A stretch of DNA of 60,224 bases from Candidatus Methylomirabilia bacterium. GTDB taxonomy: Bacteria > Methylomirabilota > Methylomirabilia > Rokubacteriales > CSP1-6. The notes beneath the pieces are model-generated. The model saw only the letters and a list, made by a program, of their open reading frames with translations. It ran no database searches and was not told the DNA's origin. A program made the position numbers and the translations under genes. Below, in pieces: positions 8,118 to 17,378 of this stretch (position 1 is the first letter of the stretch; the number at the start of each line of letters is the position of its first letter). The stretch spans positions 1-60,224 of the forward strand of contig JBGPZD010000002.1 of NCBI GenBank assembly GCA_041493605.1, in the 5' to 3' direction.

Positions 8118-9110
8118 ATGGCGACCGGGACCCTGCTGCTCCAGCGCCGCGACGTGGCGGCCCTCCTGACGCTCGATGACTGCATCGCGGCCGTCGAGGC
8201 GGCGTTCCGCCTCCACGCCGAGGGCCGGTCGCTGCCGCCGGGCGTGCTGGGGGTTCGTGCGCGCGAGGGGGGCTTTCACATCAAGGCGGCCGGGCTCGAC
8301 CTGGGGCGGCCGTACTTCGCGGCCAAGGTCAACGCCAACTTCACCCGCAACCCCGAGCGCCATGGGCTGCCGGCCATCCAGGGCGTGGTCGCGCTCTTCG
8401 ACGCCGAGACGGGCTCTCCCCTCGCCCTGATGGACTCCATCGAGATCACCATCCTCCGCACCGGCGCGGCGACCGCGGTGGCTGCGAAATACCTCGCGGC
8501 GGCCGACGCCTCGATCGCCACCATCGTCGGCTGCGGCAACCAGGGACGCGTCCAGCTCCGCGCCGTGAGCCGGGTCCGTTCGTTACGACGGGCCTACGCG
8601 TTCGATGCCTCTCCCAGCCGGGCCGAGCAGTTCGCGGCTGATATGTCCGCCGAGCTGGCGATCGAGGTGACCGCGGTCCGCGACCTGTCCGAAGCCGTCC
8701 CGCGGAGCCAGATCTGCGTGACCTGTACGCCGGCGCGCCGCGCCTTCCTCGCGCCCGGGCACGTCGCGCCCGGCACCTTTGTTGCCGCCGTCGGCGCCGA
8801 CAATGAGGACAAGCAGGAGCTCGAGCCCGCCCTGTTCACGGGAAGCACCATCGTGGTGGACAGCCTCGAGCAGTGCGCGGCCATCGGCGATCTCCACCAC
8901 GCCCTGGAGGCGGGCGTCGTGACTCGCAACGATGTCCACGCCGAGTTGGGCGAAATCGTCGCCGGCCGCAAGCGCGGGCGCGCGTCGGCTGATGAGATCA
9001 CCATCTTCGACAGCTCGGGGACGGCGCTCCAGGACGTGGCCGCGGCCGCCGCGGTCTACGAGAAGGCCCTCGCTGCTGGCCGTGGCCTGCCCTTCAGCTT
9101 CGGAGAATGA
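8118..9110 (+). CDS. Ornithine cyclodeaminase / mu-crystallin family protein
   Basis: 330 aa. Contains LLTLDDCIAAVEAAF, GFHIKAAGL, IVGCGNQGRVQL (NAD Rossmann) and IFDSSGTALQDVA, the typical OCD/mu-crystallin pattern. Confidence 0.85.
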   Translation: MATGTLLLQRRDVAALLTLDDCIAAVEAAFRLHAEGRSLPPGVLGVRAREGGFHIKAAGLDLGRPYFAAKVNANFTRNPERHGLPAIQGVVALFDAETGSPLALMDSIEITILRTGAATAVAAKYLAAADASIATIVGCGNQGRVQLRAVSRVRSLRRAYAFDASPSRAEQFAADMSAELAIEVTAVRDLSEAVPRSQICVTCTPARRAFLAPGHVAPGTFVAAVGADNEDKQELEPALFTGSTIVVDSLEQCAAIGDLHHALEAGVVTRNDVHAELGEIVAGRKRGRASADEITIFDSSGTALQDVAAAAAVYEKALAAGRGLPFSFGE

Positions 9111-9119
9111 GTCGGAACG

Positions 9120-9896
9120 TTACCGCAGCACGCGCCGCATCCCCAGATCCACGAGGCGCGGCGCCACCACGCTGAGCGCGGCCAGGATTCGCGACGGCCA
9201 GTAGGGATAGACCTCGGGACGGGGGCGGCGCACGCATCCCATGATGGCCCGCGCCACGCGCTCGGCCGACTGCATGGGCCCGACCGGACGCCAGGGAACC
9301 TTCTGGGCCTCCGCCTTGTGGAATTCCGTATTCGTGCCGATCGGGTAGACCAGGCTCACCGCGATGCCCGTCCGCGCCAGCTCCACCCGAAGCGTCTCGC
9401 TGAGCCCGCCCAGGGCGAACTTGGTTGCGCTGTAGGCCGCGCGGTAGGGAACGCCCCGCCGCCCGACGATCGAAGAGATATTGATGATGTGACCGCGCCC
9501 CTGGCTGCGCATGAGGGGCAGCACCGCCTGAGTCGCCGTCACCACCGCGATGACATTGACCTCGAGGAGGGCGCGGAATTCGTCGGCCGTGGTCTGCTCG
9601 AAGGTGGCGGCCAGTCCGCGCCCCGCGTTGTTCACCAGGACGTCCACCCGTCCCCAGCGCCCGGCCACCTCGTCCACCATCCAGCGCACCGCCGTGGCGT
9701 CGGTCACGTCGAGCGCGTGGACCGAGACCTCGCCACCCCGCGAGCGGAGCTCGCCGGCCAGGCGATCGAGCCGGTCCTTGCGGCGCGCGCAGAGGGCGAC
9801 GCGCATCCCGGCCTGAGCCATCAGCCGCGCCGTCGCCTCTCCGATGCCGGACGAGGCGCCGGTGACGATAGCCACCCGACCGGTCAGGTCAGCCAC
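9120..9896 (-). CDS. Short-chain dehydrogenase/reductase (SDR)
   Basis: ORF 9120..10058 trimmed to GTG 9894-9896 (M-ADLTGRVAIVTGASSGIG). Contains TGxxxGIG, NNAG and YxxxK (YSATK). The start overlaps the upstream DCC gene stop by 8 nt. Confidence 0.85.
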   Translation of the reverse strand: MADLTGRVAIVTGASSGIGEATARLMAQAGMRVALCARRKDRLDRLAGELRSRGGEVSVHALDVTDATAVRWMVDEVAGRWGRVDVLVNNAGRGLAATFEQTTADEFRALLEVNVIAVVTATQAVLPLMRSQGRGHIINISSIVGRRGVPYRAAYSATKFALGGLSETLRVELARTGIAVSLVYPIGTNTEFHKAEAQKVPWRPVGPMQSAERVARAIMGCVRRPRPEVYPYWPSRILAALSVVAPRLVDLGMRRVLR

Positions 9897-10257
9897 GGCG
9901 GCGGCCCAGCATGCAGGAAATCTGGTAGCGGTGGCGGGCCACCCACGCGTACACACGCGGAGCGAGGAGCCCGACGCCCGGGATGGCGAAGAGAGCGGCC
10001 AGCCAGCGCCAGCCCCTGAGCCGGCGCAGGATCTCGGGGACGGCCGTGTCGCCCGCAAGCACCCGGCCGTCGGGCAGGACGAGCTGCATCGCCTCCATGC
10101 AGGCCCGCTCCTCCATCCACGGATAGCGGGCGCGCCGCTCGGCGGCCTGGCAGGGCAGAAACTCGAACTCGCCGCGCACCGCCCGCCGCGCGATCCAGGA
10201 CACCCCGCCCTGGCATAGGCCGCAGGCCCCGTCGTAGATGAGAACGGCCTGGCTCAT
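9889..10257 (-). CDS. Thiol-disulfide oxidoreductase DCC family (DUF393)
   Basis: 122 aa. N-terminal LIYDGACGLCQGGV is the DxxCxxC signature of the DCC family. Confidence 0.8.
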   Translation of the reverse strand: MSQAVLIYDGACGLCQGGVSWIARRAVRGEFEFLPCQAAERRARYPWMEERACMEAMQLVLPDGRVLAGDTAVPEILRRLRGWRWLAALFAIPGVGLLAPRVYAWVARHRYQISCMLGRRRG

Positions 10258-10280
10258 GTCGGAGCCCCCTCGCCCTCGCG

Positions 10281-10300
10281 CTCTCCTCGGTAGAGGAGAG
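10281..10300. repeat. REP-like GC-rich hairpin CTCTCCTC-GGTA-GAGGAGAG
   Basis: 8-bp stem with a 4-nt loop, in the 58-nt gap between the DCC gene start and the aminotransferase stop. Confidence 0.5.
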
Positions 10301-10315
10301 GGAATGGCCCTGGGG

Positions 10316-11671
10316 CTAAGCGCCGATGACGGCCTTGACGGCGTCCTGGGCGACCGAGACCAGGCGGTCCACTTGCTGCTCGCTGATCACCAGCGGCGGC
10401 GCGAAGAAGATGTGCTCGAGCCGGCCGCGCGTGATGACGCCGCGCTTGGTCATCTCCTGGAGCACGCGCGGGCCGATCTTCTTGTCCGCGGAGTATGCCT
10501 TCTTGCTGGCCTTGTCTTCCACCAGCTCGACGGCCGCCAGCAGGCCCTTGCCGGCGCGGATGTCGCCCACGTGCGGGTGGCCGTCGAAGGCGGCGTGGAG
10601 GTTGTCGTGCAGGCGCTTGCCCATGGCCGCGGCGCGCTCCCAGAGCCGCTCGCGCTCCATGATCTCGATGTTCTTGAGCCCGACGGCGCAGCAGGTGGGA
10701 TGGCCCGAGTAGGTGAAGGCGTGCATCCAGCGGTCCTCGGGCTTGACGCCGTCCATGGCCTCCTTGATGGCCTTGGAGACCATGATGCCTCCGAGCGGGA
10801 GATAGCCCGAGGACACGCCCTTGGCGAACGACAGGATATCGGGCTGGACCTTCCAGTGCTCGAGCGCGAACCACTTGCCCGTCCGGCAGAAGCCGGTGAT
10901 CACCTCGTCGGCGATGAAGAGCACGCTGTGCCGGTCGCAGACCTGGCGCACCAGCGGGAAGTAATCGTCCGTCGGATAGAGCACGCCGCCGCCGCCATGG
11001 ATGGGCTCGGCGATGAAGGCCGCCACCGTGTCGGGTCCCTCGCGCAGGATCGCTTCCTCGAGGAGGCGGGCCGCCGTCTGACCTGCCGTCTCCCCGGCCT
11101 TGGCGCCTTCCTGCCGGTACGGATAGCAGGTCGGGATGTGGATGAAGTTGGGCACCCGCGGCTCGAACATCTTCCAGTAGGGCGCCATACCGGTGGCGCT
11201 CATGGCCTGGAGCGTCACGCCGTGGTAGGCGAGGCTGCGGGCGATGATCTTGACCTTGTCCGGCTTGCCCTTGGCCTTCCAGTAGAAGCGCGCCGTCTTG
11301 AACGCCGACTCGTTGGACTCGGCGCCGCCCGAGGTGAAGAAGACGCCCTGCATGTTCGGATAGGCCAGGGTGATCAGCTTGGCCGCGAGCTGGATGGCCG
11401 GGACATTGGAAGAGCCCGAGTAGCCGGAGAAGTAGGCCAGTTCCTTCATCTGCGCGGCCGCGGCCTGGGCGAGCTCCTCGCGCCCGTGCCCCACGTTGAC
11501 GTTCCAGAGCCCCGACAGCCCGTCGATGTACTCGCGCCCCTGGATGTCGGTGACGGTGGCGCCGCGGCCGCGGACATAGATCAGGGGCTCGAGGTGGTCG
11601 CTCGGGTGGTGCAGCGGGTGGATGAGGTGCTCCTGGTCGTCCTTGATGAGCGCGGCGGGCTCGAGCGGCAT
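10316..11671 (-). CDS. Class-III (omega) aminotransferase, PLP-dependent
   Basis: ORF 10316..11722 trimmed to MPLEPAALIKDD at ATG 11669-11671, preceded by AGGAGG with a 6-nt spacer. Contains GLWNVNVGHG, FFTSGGAESNE and ADEVITGFCRTG. Confidence 0.9.
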   Translation of the reverse strand: MPLEPAALIKDDQEHLIHPLHHPSDHLEPLIYVRGRGATVTDIQGREYIDGLSGLWNVNVGHGREELAQAAAAQMKELAYFSGYSGSSNVPAIQLAAKLITLAYPNMQGVFFTSGGAESNESAFKTARFYWKAKGKPDKVKIIARSLAYHGVTLQAMSATGMAPYWKMFEPRVPNFIHIPTCYPYRQEGAKAGETAGQTAARLLEEAILREGPDTVAAFIAEPIHGGGGVLYPTDDYFPLVRQVCDRHSVLFIADEVITGFCRTGKWFALEHWKVQPDILSFAKGVSSGYLPLGGIMVSKAIKEAMDGVKPEDRWMHAFTYSGHPTCCAVGLKNIEIMERERLWERAAAMGKRLHDNLHAAFDGHPHVGDIRAGKGLLAAVELVEDKASKKAYSADKKIGPRVLQEMTKRGVITRGRLEHIFFAPPLVISEQQVDRLVSVAQDAVKAVIGA

Positions 11672-11681
11672 CAGTCGCCTC

Positions 11682-12077
11682 CTAGGCTCTGGGACTGCGG
11701 TGGATGGAGCGCGCGGGCGCATGGCCCCGGTAGTCGCCGCCCGGGATCGGGATCCCGCGGTCGAGAGGGCCCGTGTACCAGTAGATGAAGGCCGTCGCTG
11801 CGCGCGCCCCCGCGGTCCGGACGCTGACCTGCTCGCGATGATACTGAGGCCCCTCGGCCGAGTCCAGCGCTAACCAGAGCGAGGGATCGGTCACCCGGTA
11901 GACCTCACCGGCCACCCAGCCGTCGGCGTCGCGCACGGCGGCGGGATAGGAGCCGAGATCGAGCAGCCGGCCGGTCACCTGCCCTGCTCCGACGTATTCC
12001 GCGCGCCCCTCGAGAAGTCCATTGAGCGGGAAGCCGCTCATCAGGGTGCCGTACGCGAACAAGAGATCGGTGGCCAC
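11682..12077 (-). CDS. Gamma-glutamylcyclotransferase (AIG2/GGACT-like) family protein
   Basis: ORF 11682..12164 trimmed to GTG 12075-12077, 2 nt after the upstream stop. LLFAYGTLMSG is the family N-terminal motif. Confidence 0.7.
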   Translation of the reverse strand: MATDLLFAYGTLMSGFPLNGLLEGRAEYVGAGQVTGRLLDLGSYPAAVRDADGWVAGEVYRVTDPSLWLALDSAEGPQYHREQVSVRTAGARAATAFIYWYTGPLDRGIPIPGGDYRGHAPARSIHRSPRA

Positions 12078-12079
12078 CC

Positions 12080-12895
12080 TCAAGCCCCGACGGCCGGGTG
12101 GCCCTGCCGGATCAGCGCCAAGAACTCCCGGATGGCCTGGGCCCAGCGCGGACCGGCCACCCACTGGAAGTCGTTGTGGCCGGCGCCCGGAACCCAGAGC
12201 GCGCGCTTTGGCTCCCGCGCCGCGGCCAGGAGCCGCCGGCCGTGCCAGGCGGGCACGATGTCGTCGGCCAGCCCGTGCATCACCAGCACCGGGCAGCCCA
12301 CTCGGGCGATCTTGTCGATGTTGCGGAACGTGTCGAAGGGCAGGAGCGGCACGCGGGTCATCACCCTGAAGGCCGTCACGAACGCCGATTCGAGGATGAG
12401 GCCGGCGACGGGCTGCCGCGCCGCCAGGTCCACCGCCGGCCCGCTCCCGACGGAGCGGCCGTAAAGGATGATCCGCTGGGGCGGAAGCGAGAGGTCCCGC
12501 GTCAGGTAGCCGTAGGCCGCGTCGATGTCCTCGTAGGCGGCGCGCGCCGATGGGCGCCCCTCGCTCGTGCCGTAGCCGCGGTAGTCGTAGGCCAGCACGG
12601 CCAGGCCCAGCTCGCGCAGGGCCGGTAGGAGCGGGCGGATGACGCCCAGATCCTCCGCGTTGCCGTGGCCGTAGAGGATGGTGTAGTCGGCTTTGGGATT
12701 GGGCACGTAGAGGGCGGCGATCCGTTCGCCCCCCGCCGTCCGGAGCTTGATGATGCCGTCCGCGTCGGTGTACTGGGGGGGCGGGGGCAGGAACATCATC
12801 CGGTCGGAGAAGAGCCAGACCAGGAGCGCGACCGAGCCGTAGACGAAGACAAGCGAGAGCAGCAGGCGCGCGGCGGAGAGATCAGGGACCAGCAA
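12080..12895 (-). CDS. Alpha/beta hydrolase (ABHD/BEM46-like) with N-terminal membrane anchor
   Basis: 271 aa. Contains HGNAED, the nucleophile elbow GRSVG, and C-terminal GHND. Confidence 0.8.
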   Translation of the reverse strand: MLVPDLSAARLLLSLVFVYGSVALLVWLFSDRMMFLPPPPQYTDADGIIKLRTAGGERIAALYVPNPKADYTILYGHGNAEDLGVIRPLLPALRELGLAVLAYDYRGYGTSEGRPSARAAYEDIDAAYGYLTRDLSLPPQRIILYGRSVGSGPAVDLAARQPVAGLILESAFVTAFRVMTRVPLLPFDTFRNIDKIARVGCPVLVMHGLADDIVPAWHGRRLLAAAREPKRALWVPGAGHNDFQWVAGPRWAQAIREFLALIRQGHPAVGA

Positions 12896-12900
12896 GCGTC

Positions 12901-13572
12901 TCAGGGTGCTCCCTCAGGCCCGGCCGCCTTGCCGTCCACGGCCTGGAGCACGGCCGCCAGGAAATCCCGCTCGGGCACCGCGCCCTCGAAGCCGACCTTG
13001 TCGTTGATCACGATCTTCGGCACCGCCATCACCCGGTAGCGCTGGGCCAGCTCGGGGAACTCGGTGGCCTCGATGCACTCCGCCCGCACCCGTGGGGAGG
13101 CGATCGCCATGTGCTGCGCCAGGCGCACGGCCCGGGGGCAATGCGGTCAGGTGGGCGTCGTGAAGACCTTGATGGTGACGTCTTCGGTGAGCCCCTCGAG
13201 CGCGGTCCGCGTCTCGGCGCTCAAGGCGGGCTCGCCCGTCGAAGCGGTGACGATGGAGTCGATCAGGTTGGAGAACTCGTAGCCGGCCGGGACGCCGAGA
13301 AACCGGATGCCGTAGTCGCGCGCGCCCTCGACCACGACGACCGGCGCGGCATCCACGCCATAGGCGGCGGCCTGCTCCTTGTCGATGTGCGGGTTCAGCA
13401 CCGTCACCGAAAGCTTGTCAGACAGCGCCGCGACCTCCCGGATCAACGCCACGGCCTGGGTGTTGTGCTCGCCGCCCAGCTCCGACGCGAAGACCGTGAG
13501 CTTGACGGGCCCGCCCAGCTTTTCGAACTCCTTCTTCACCGCCGTCTCGTCCTGCGCCGTGAGAAATCCCAT
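12901..13572 (-). CDS. Protein disulfide oxidoreductase / glutaredoxin-like two-Trx-fold protein; candidate selenoprotein (Sec at TGA 13147-13149, motif UPHC)
   Basis: ORFs 13147..13815 (from MGFLTAQDE at 13570-13572) and 12901..13128 are in the same frame, separated only by one TGA. Readthrough gives 223 aa colinear with PDO-type proteins. The stop sits at KVFTTPT-[TGA]-PHCPRAVRLA, where the family has TPTCPYCP. The C-terminus EATEFPELAQRYRVMAVPKIVIN is typical. Confidence 0.75.
13106..13131 (-). other. Candidate SECIS-like hairpin downstream of UGA 13147-13149
   Basis: mRNA sense is GCC-GUGC-GC[CUGGC]GC-A-GCAC-AU-GGC: 9 bp in three segments with A and AU bulges. The apical loop contains GG and begins about 24 nt after the UGA. 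Weaker than the 19232-19260 hairpin. Confidence 0.35.
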
Positions 13573-13578
13573 AGCCAA

Positions 13579-13584
13579 AGTATA
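13579..13584 (-). promoter_or_regulatory. -10-like TATACT, 6 nt upstream of the PDO selenoprotein-candidate ATG (13572)
   Basis: Minus strand reads GGGTATACTTTGGCTATG. There is no SD. Confidence 0.35.
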
Positions 13585-13597
13585 CCCTGTGCCGCGC

Positions 13598-15247
13598 TCA
13601 CGTGCCCACCGGCGTCCCACGCACGATCTCGAGGGTTCGGCGGTAGCCGGAGGCATCGATGCGCGCGTCGATGAGCGAGGGGCCCGCGCCTGTCTGGGCC
13701 GCGATGAGCGCCGACTTGAAGCCGGCCTCGTCGGAGGCCGCGAAGGCTCGGAAGCCGAAGGCCCGGGCGAGGGCCGCGAGATCGGGCCCCTCATAGCGCA
13801 TCGAAGCGCCGGCATAGCCCTTTTGCGCCTGCTTGATCTCGATGAGCGACAGCGCCCCGTCGTCGAAGACCACGATTACGATCGGCAGCTTGAGCCGGGC
13901 CGCCGTCTCGAGCTCAGCCGCCACCATCATGAGCCCGCCGTCGCCCGTGAAGCAGACGACGCGGCGGTCCGGGTGGACGAGCTGGGCGGCGATCGCGGCC
14001 GGCAGGGCGAAGCCCATGGTGGCCAGGCCGTTGGAGATGAGGCATTCCCCCAACTCGACGGCGTGCCAATAGGCCGTGGCCGGGAACATGTGGGCGCCCG
14101 CGTCCACGGTGGCGATGGTGCCGGCCGGGGTGAACTCGCGGGTGAGCTGGACCACGCGGTGGGGCGCGAGCCCGGGCACGGCCACCTCGAGCGCGCCCAG
14201 CCGCTCACGCTTGAGCCGGTCGATCTCGGCGACATCCCAGTCGGCGCGTGCCTCCCCGCGCCCCAGCCGCGGGGCCAAGTCCTCGAGGATCATCGCCAGA
14301 TCGCCCACGACCTCGCAGGCGGGGGTGAAGTACCCGCCGCCGCCCGGCACCGTGAGACCCGGATCGCTCGACGCGCAGCGCGCGAGGTTGAGCACGGGCG
14401 CCGAGTACGGCCAGCGCCGCGGGATCAGCTCCACCGTGTCCAGGCCGAAGGCGATGATCAAGTCGGCCCGCCGCACGACGGGCTCCTCGAGCGCGCCGCC
14501 GGTGAAGACGCCCATCGCGAGCGGATGAGGATCCGGGATCGCGCCCTTGGCCTTGTACGTGGTCAGCAGCGGCGCCGGCAGCGCCTCGCAGAAGGCGCGC
14601 AGCCACTTGGAGTCGGCGGCCCGGCACTGGAGCCCGGCCACGACCAGGGGCCGGTGCGCCTTGCGGATCATCGCCGCGGCGCGCTCGATGCCCGCCGCGT
14701 CGGGTGCCGGCGCCGGAGCCGGCGTCGCGCCGGCCGCCGGCCGCGGAACCTCGCTCCCCGCCACGTCGGCCGGGAGGTCCAGATGCACTGGCCCGCGCGG
14801 CTCCTTGACCGCCAGCTGCACCGCACGGGCGATCCAGCGGCCGGCCGAATCGGCCGTGACGGCGAAGCTGCCCTTGACGAGGGGCCCCACGTGGGCCGCG
14901 TGGTCGAGCCGCTGGTGGGTCGTGAACTGGAGCGCCGCCTCGGGATGCCGGTCGCTGATGAAGATCATCGGCGCGCGGTCGAGGAGCGCGTGGGCCAGCC
15001 CCGTGGCGCTGGCCGTGACTCCGGGTCCCAGCGTCGAGAGCGCGGCGCCGGGGCGGTCCGTCAGCTCCCCGGTGACGGCCGCCATGATGCAGGCCGCCCA
15101 CTCCTGGTGGCAGAGGACGAAGGGCAGTCCCTGGGCCCGGGCGGCCTCGAGCAGCTCGAGATTGGAGCCGCCGCCGGGCACGCCGAACAACCGCGACACG
15201 CCGGCCCGACGCAGACCCTCGACGATCAGCTCGGCAACCGTGGGCAT
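13598..15247 (-). CDS. Thiamine-pyrophosphate-dependent enzyme (acetolactate synthase large-subunit-like)
   Basis: 549 aa. Contains LFGVPGGGSNLELLEA, GPGVTASATGLAHA and the TPP-binding motif GDGGLMM. Confidence 0.85.
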   Translation of the reverse strand: MPTVAELIVEGLRRAGVSRLFGVPGGGSNLELLEAARAQGLPFVLCHQEWAACIMAAVTGELTDRPGAALSTLGPGVTASATGLAHALLDRAPMIFISDRHPEAALQFTTHQRLDHAAHVGPLVKGSFAVTADSAGRWIARAVQLAVKEPRGPVHLDLPADVAGSEVPRPAAGATPAPAPAPDAAGIERAAAMIRKAHRPLVVAGLQCRAADSKWLRAFCEALPAPLLTTYKAKGAIPDPHPLAMGVFTGGALEEPVVRRADLIIAFGLDTVELIPRRWPYSAPVLNLARCASSDPGLTVPGGGGYFTPACEVVGDLAMILEDLAPRLGRGEARADWDVAEIDRLKRERLGALEVAVPGLAPHRVVQLTREFTPAGTIATVDAGAHMFPATAYWHAVELGECLISNGLATMGFALPAAIAAQLVHPDRRVVCFTGDGGLMMVAAELETAARLKLPIVIVVFDDGALSLIEIKQAQKGYAGASMRYEGPDLAALARAFGFRAFAASDEAGFKSALIAAQTGAGPSLIDARIDASGYRRTLEIVRGTPVGT

Positions 15248-15257
15248 CCGGGCGGGC

Positions 15258-15689
15258 TCAGGACCGCGTCGGCAGGACGACGCTCGCGCTGCCCGGCACG
15301 GTGACGGCGGCGTCCCGGCCGTTTTCGATCCACACGTCGAGGTCCACGCGGCCCTCCGGGTGCTTCGTCTTGACCCGGCCGAGGACGGCGATGGTCTCGC
15401 CGAGCAGGTTGGGCCGGCGCATCTGGAAGCCCAGCGACTTGAGGAAACCGTCGCGCCCCATCCAGTCGGTGAGCAGACGGCAGAGGCAGCCGCGGATGAA
15501 GCCCGTGTTGATGAAGATGTCCTCGTGGCCGGCCGTGCGCGCGAAGGCCTGGTCGTGGTGGATGGGGTAGAAGTCCTGGGTGCCCGAGACCTGGAGCACC
15601 ATGCGCGTCATGGTCAGCTCGAGCGAGAAGCCCTTGAGCTCCTCGCCCTCCTGGACGTCCTCCCAGCAGCGCTGCGCTGACGCGGTCAT
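15258..15689 (-). CDS. MaoC-like (R)-hydratase hot-dog subunit
   Basis: Tail of ORF 15258..16151 from MTASAQRCWEDV. DFYPIHHDQAFAR is the MaoC dehydratase motif. ATGA overlap with the upstream gene. Confidence 0.8.
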   Translation of the reverse strand: MTASAQRCWEDVQEGEELKGFSLELTMTRMVLQVSGTQDFYPIHHDQAFARTAGHEDIFINTGFIRGCLCRLLTDWMGRDGFLKSLGFQMRRPNLLGETIAVLGRVKTKHPEGRVDLDVWIENGRDAAVTVPGSASVVLPTRS

Positions 15690-16183
15690 GCCCGGCTCAC
15701 CCCGGTGGCGATCTCCTCGGGAGTGCGGTGGACCAGGATCTGGTTGGTGCGCACGGCGACCACGTCCTCGCGCTGGTTGACGATGGTGGTCTCGGTGCGG
15801 ATCCAGACCGAGAGCGGGTCGAGCTTGGTGCCGCGCTGGTGGATCGCGGCGACCTTGTGCCTGGCGCCCAGCCGGTCCCCGACGCTCACTGACTGGAACC
15901 ACTCGAATTCCTGGTTCAGGTTGATGAGGCGGTCGCCCGGCGTGGGGATGCGGCGGACGAGGCCCAGGATGTCGAAGTCGCCCGGCGGCCACGACCCCTG
16001 AGAAGCGAAGAAGTCCACCAGCACCGGCGGGCAGCGGCCTTCCTCGATGAAGAGCGGGTTGGCGTCGTCGAGCATGTGACAGTGCCGTCGGATCGGCTCG
16101 TGCTCGACCGGGTACCGTCCCCAGCGCAGGGGGGTCTCGTGACCTTCCCACTGCCGCTTCACCGCTTTGACGTCGTAGGGCAC
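15686..16183 (-). CDS. MaoC N-terminal-type (FAS1-like) hot-dog subunit
   Basis: 165 aa. Partner of 15258..15689 in a typical two-gene hot-dog hydratase arrangement. Confidence 0.7.
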   Translation of the reverse strand: MPYDVKAVKRQWEGHETPLRWGRYPVEHEPIRRHCHMLDDANPLFIEEGRCPPVLVDFFASQGSWPPGDFDILGLVRRIPTPGDRLINLNQEFEWFQSVSVGDRLGARHKVAAIHQRGTKLDPLSVWIRTETTIVNQREDVVAVRTNQILVHRTPEEIATGVSRA

Positions 16184-16187
16184 CCGC

Positions 16188-17360
16188 TCAGCCTTTGGCC
16201 AGCCGCGCGAGCACCGGGCGCATCCGGTCGAGCGCCTTGCGGATGTTCTCGGCCGAGTTGGCGTAGGAGAGGCGGAGATAGCCCTCCCCGTACTCGCCGA
16301 AGGCCTGCCCGCCGAGCACGGCCACGCCGGCCTCGGTCAGGATGGCCTCGGCCACCTCGGCCGAGGGCCGCTTGAGCGCCTTCACGTTGGGGAAGACGTA
16401 GAAGGCGCCCTTGGGCGAGCGGCAGGAGACGCCGGGCAGCGTGTTCAGCCCGTTCACGATGAGGTCGCGGCGGCGCTTGAACTCGGCGACCATGGCGGCC
16501 ACCGGCGTCTGGTCGCCCTGGAGCGCGGCGATGCCGGCGAGCTGGGTGAACGACGCCGTGCACGAGTTGGAGTTGACCATGAGCCGCGCCACGTGCTCGG
16601 CCAACGGGGCGGGCATGACGCCGTAGCCCAGCCGCCAGCCGGTCATCGCGTAGGCCTTGGAGAAGCCGTCCAGGATGATGACGAGGTCCCGCATCCCCGG
16701 GAAGCGCGTGATCGAGGCGAACTCGCCCTCGTAGAGGAAGGACTTGTAGATCTCGTCGGCCAGCACCGGGATCTGGTACTTCCGGGCAACCTCGGCGATG
16801 CGGCCGAGCTGGTCGGGCTCGAGCACCCCGCCCGTCGGGTTCTGGGGCGAGTTGATGACGATGAGCCGGGTCTTCTTCGAGGCCTTCTTCTCGAGCAGGT
16901 CCAGGTCGAAGCCGAAGCCGCTCTCCTCGCTCAGCGGAATGGGCACGCCGACGCCCCCGACGAAGTTGATCACCGATTCATAGATGGGGAAGCCCGGGTT
17001 CGGGTAGATGACCTCGTCGCCCGGGTTCACCAGCGCCGTGATCACGAAGTACATGATGGGCTTGGCACCCGGCGTGACCACGATTTCCTCGGGGGTCACC
17101 GGGATATTGCGCGTCGCCCCCACGTCCTTGGCGATGGCCTCGCGCAGCTCGGGCAGCCCGGCGGCGGGCCCGTAGTGGGTCGCCCCGGCGTCCAGCGCGC
17201 GCTTGGCGGCGTCCCGGATATGGGCCGGCGTGTCAAAGTCCGGCTCGCCGATCTCGAGGTGGATGATCTCCTTGCCCTGCCGCTCGAGGGCCTTGGCGCG
17301 CGCCAGCACCTCGAACGCCGATTCCGTCCCCAGCCGCGACATGCGCTCGGCGAAATTCAT
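16188..17360 (-). CDS. Class I/II PLP-dependent aminotransferase (aspartate aminotransferase-like)
   Basis: ORF 16188..17510 trimmed to MNFAERMSRLGTESAFEV (ATG 17358-17360). Contains LEIGEPDFDTP, SPQNPTG and SKAYAMTGWRLGY (PLP lysine). Confidence 0.9.
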   Translation of the reverse strand: MNFAERMSRLGTESAFEVLARAKALERQGKEIIHLEIGEPDFDTPAHIRDAAKRALDAGATHYGPAAGLPELREAIAKDVGATRNIPVTPEEIVVTPGAKPIMYFVITALVNPGDEVIYPNPGFPIYESVINFVGGVGVPIPLSEESGFGFDLDLLEKKASKKTRLIVINSPQNPTGGVLEPDQLGRIAEVARKYQIPVLADEIYKSFLYEGEFASITRFPGMRDLVIILDGFSKAYAMTGWRLGYGVMPAPLAEHVARLMVNSNSCTASFTQLAGIAALQGDQTPVAAMVAEFKRRRDLIVNGLNTLPGVSCRSPKGAFYVFPNVKALKRPSAEVAEAILTEAGVAVLGGQAFGEYGEGYLRLSYANSAENIRKALDRMRPVLARLAKG

Positions 17361-17370
17361 GGTGACGACG

Positions 17371-17378
17371 ATTATACT
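17371..17378. promoter_or_regulatory. Palindromic shared -10 region (ATTATACT / AGTATAAT) between divergent genes
   Basis: The intergenic region is only 25 bp. The plus strand has TATACT (17373-17378), 7 nt before ATG 17386. The minus strand has TATAAT (17371-17376), 10 nt before ATG 17360. Confidence 0.4.
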
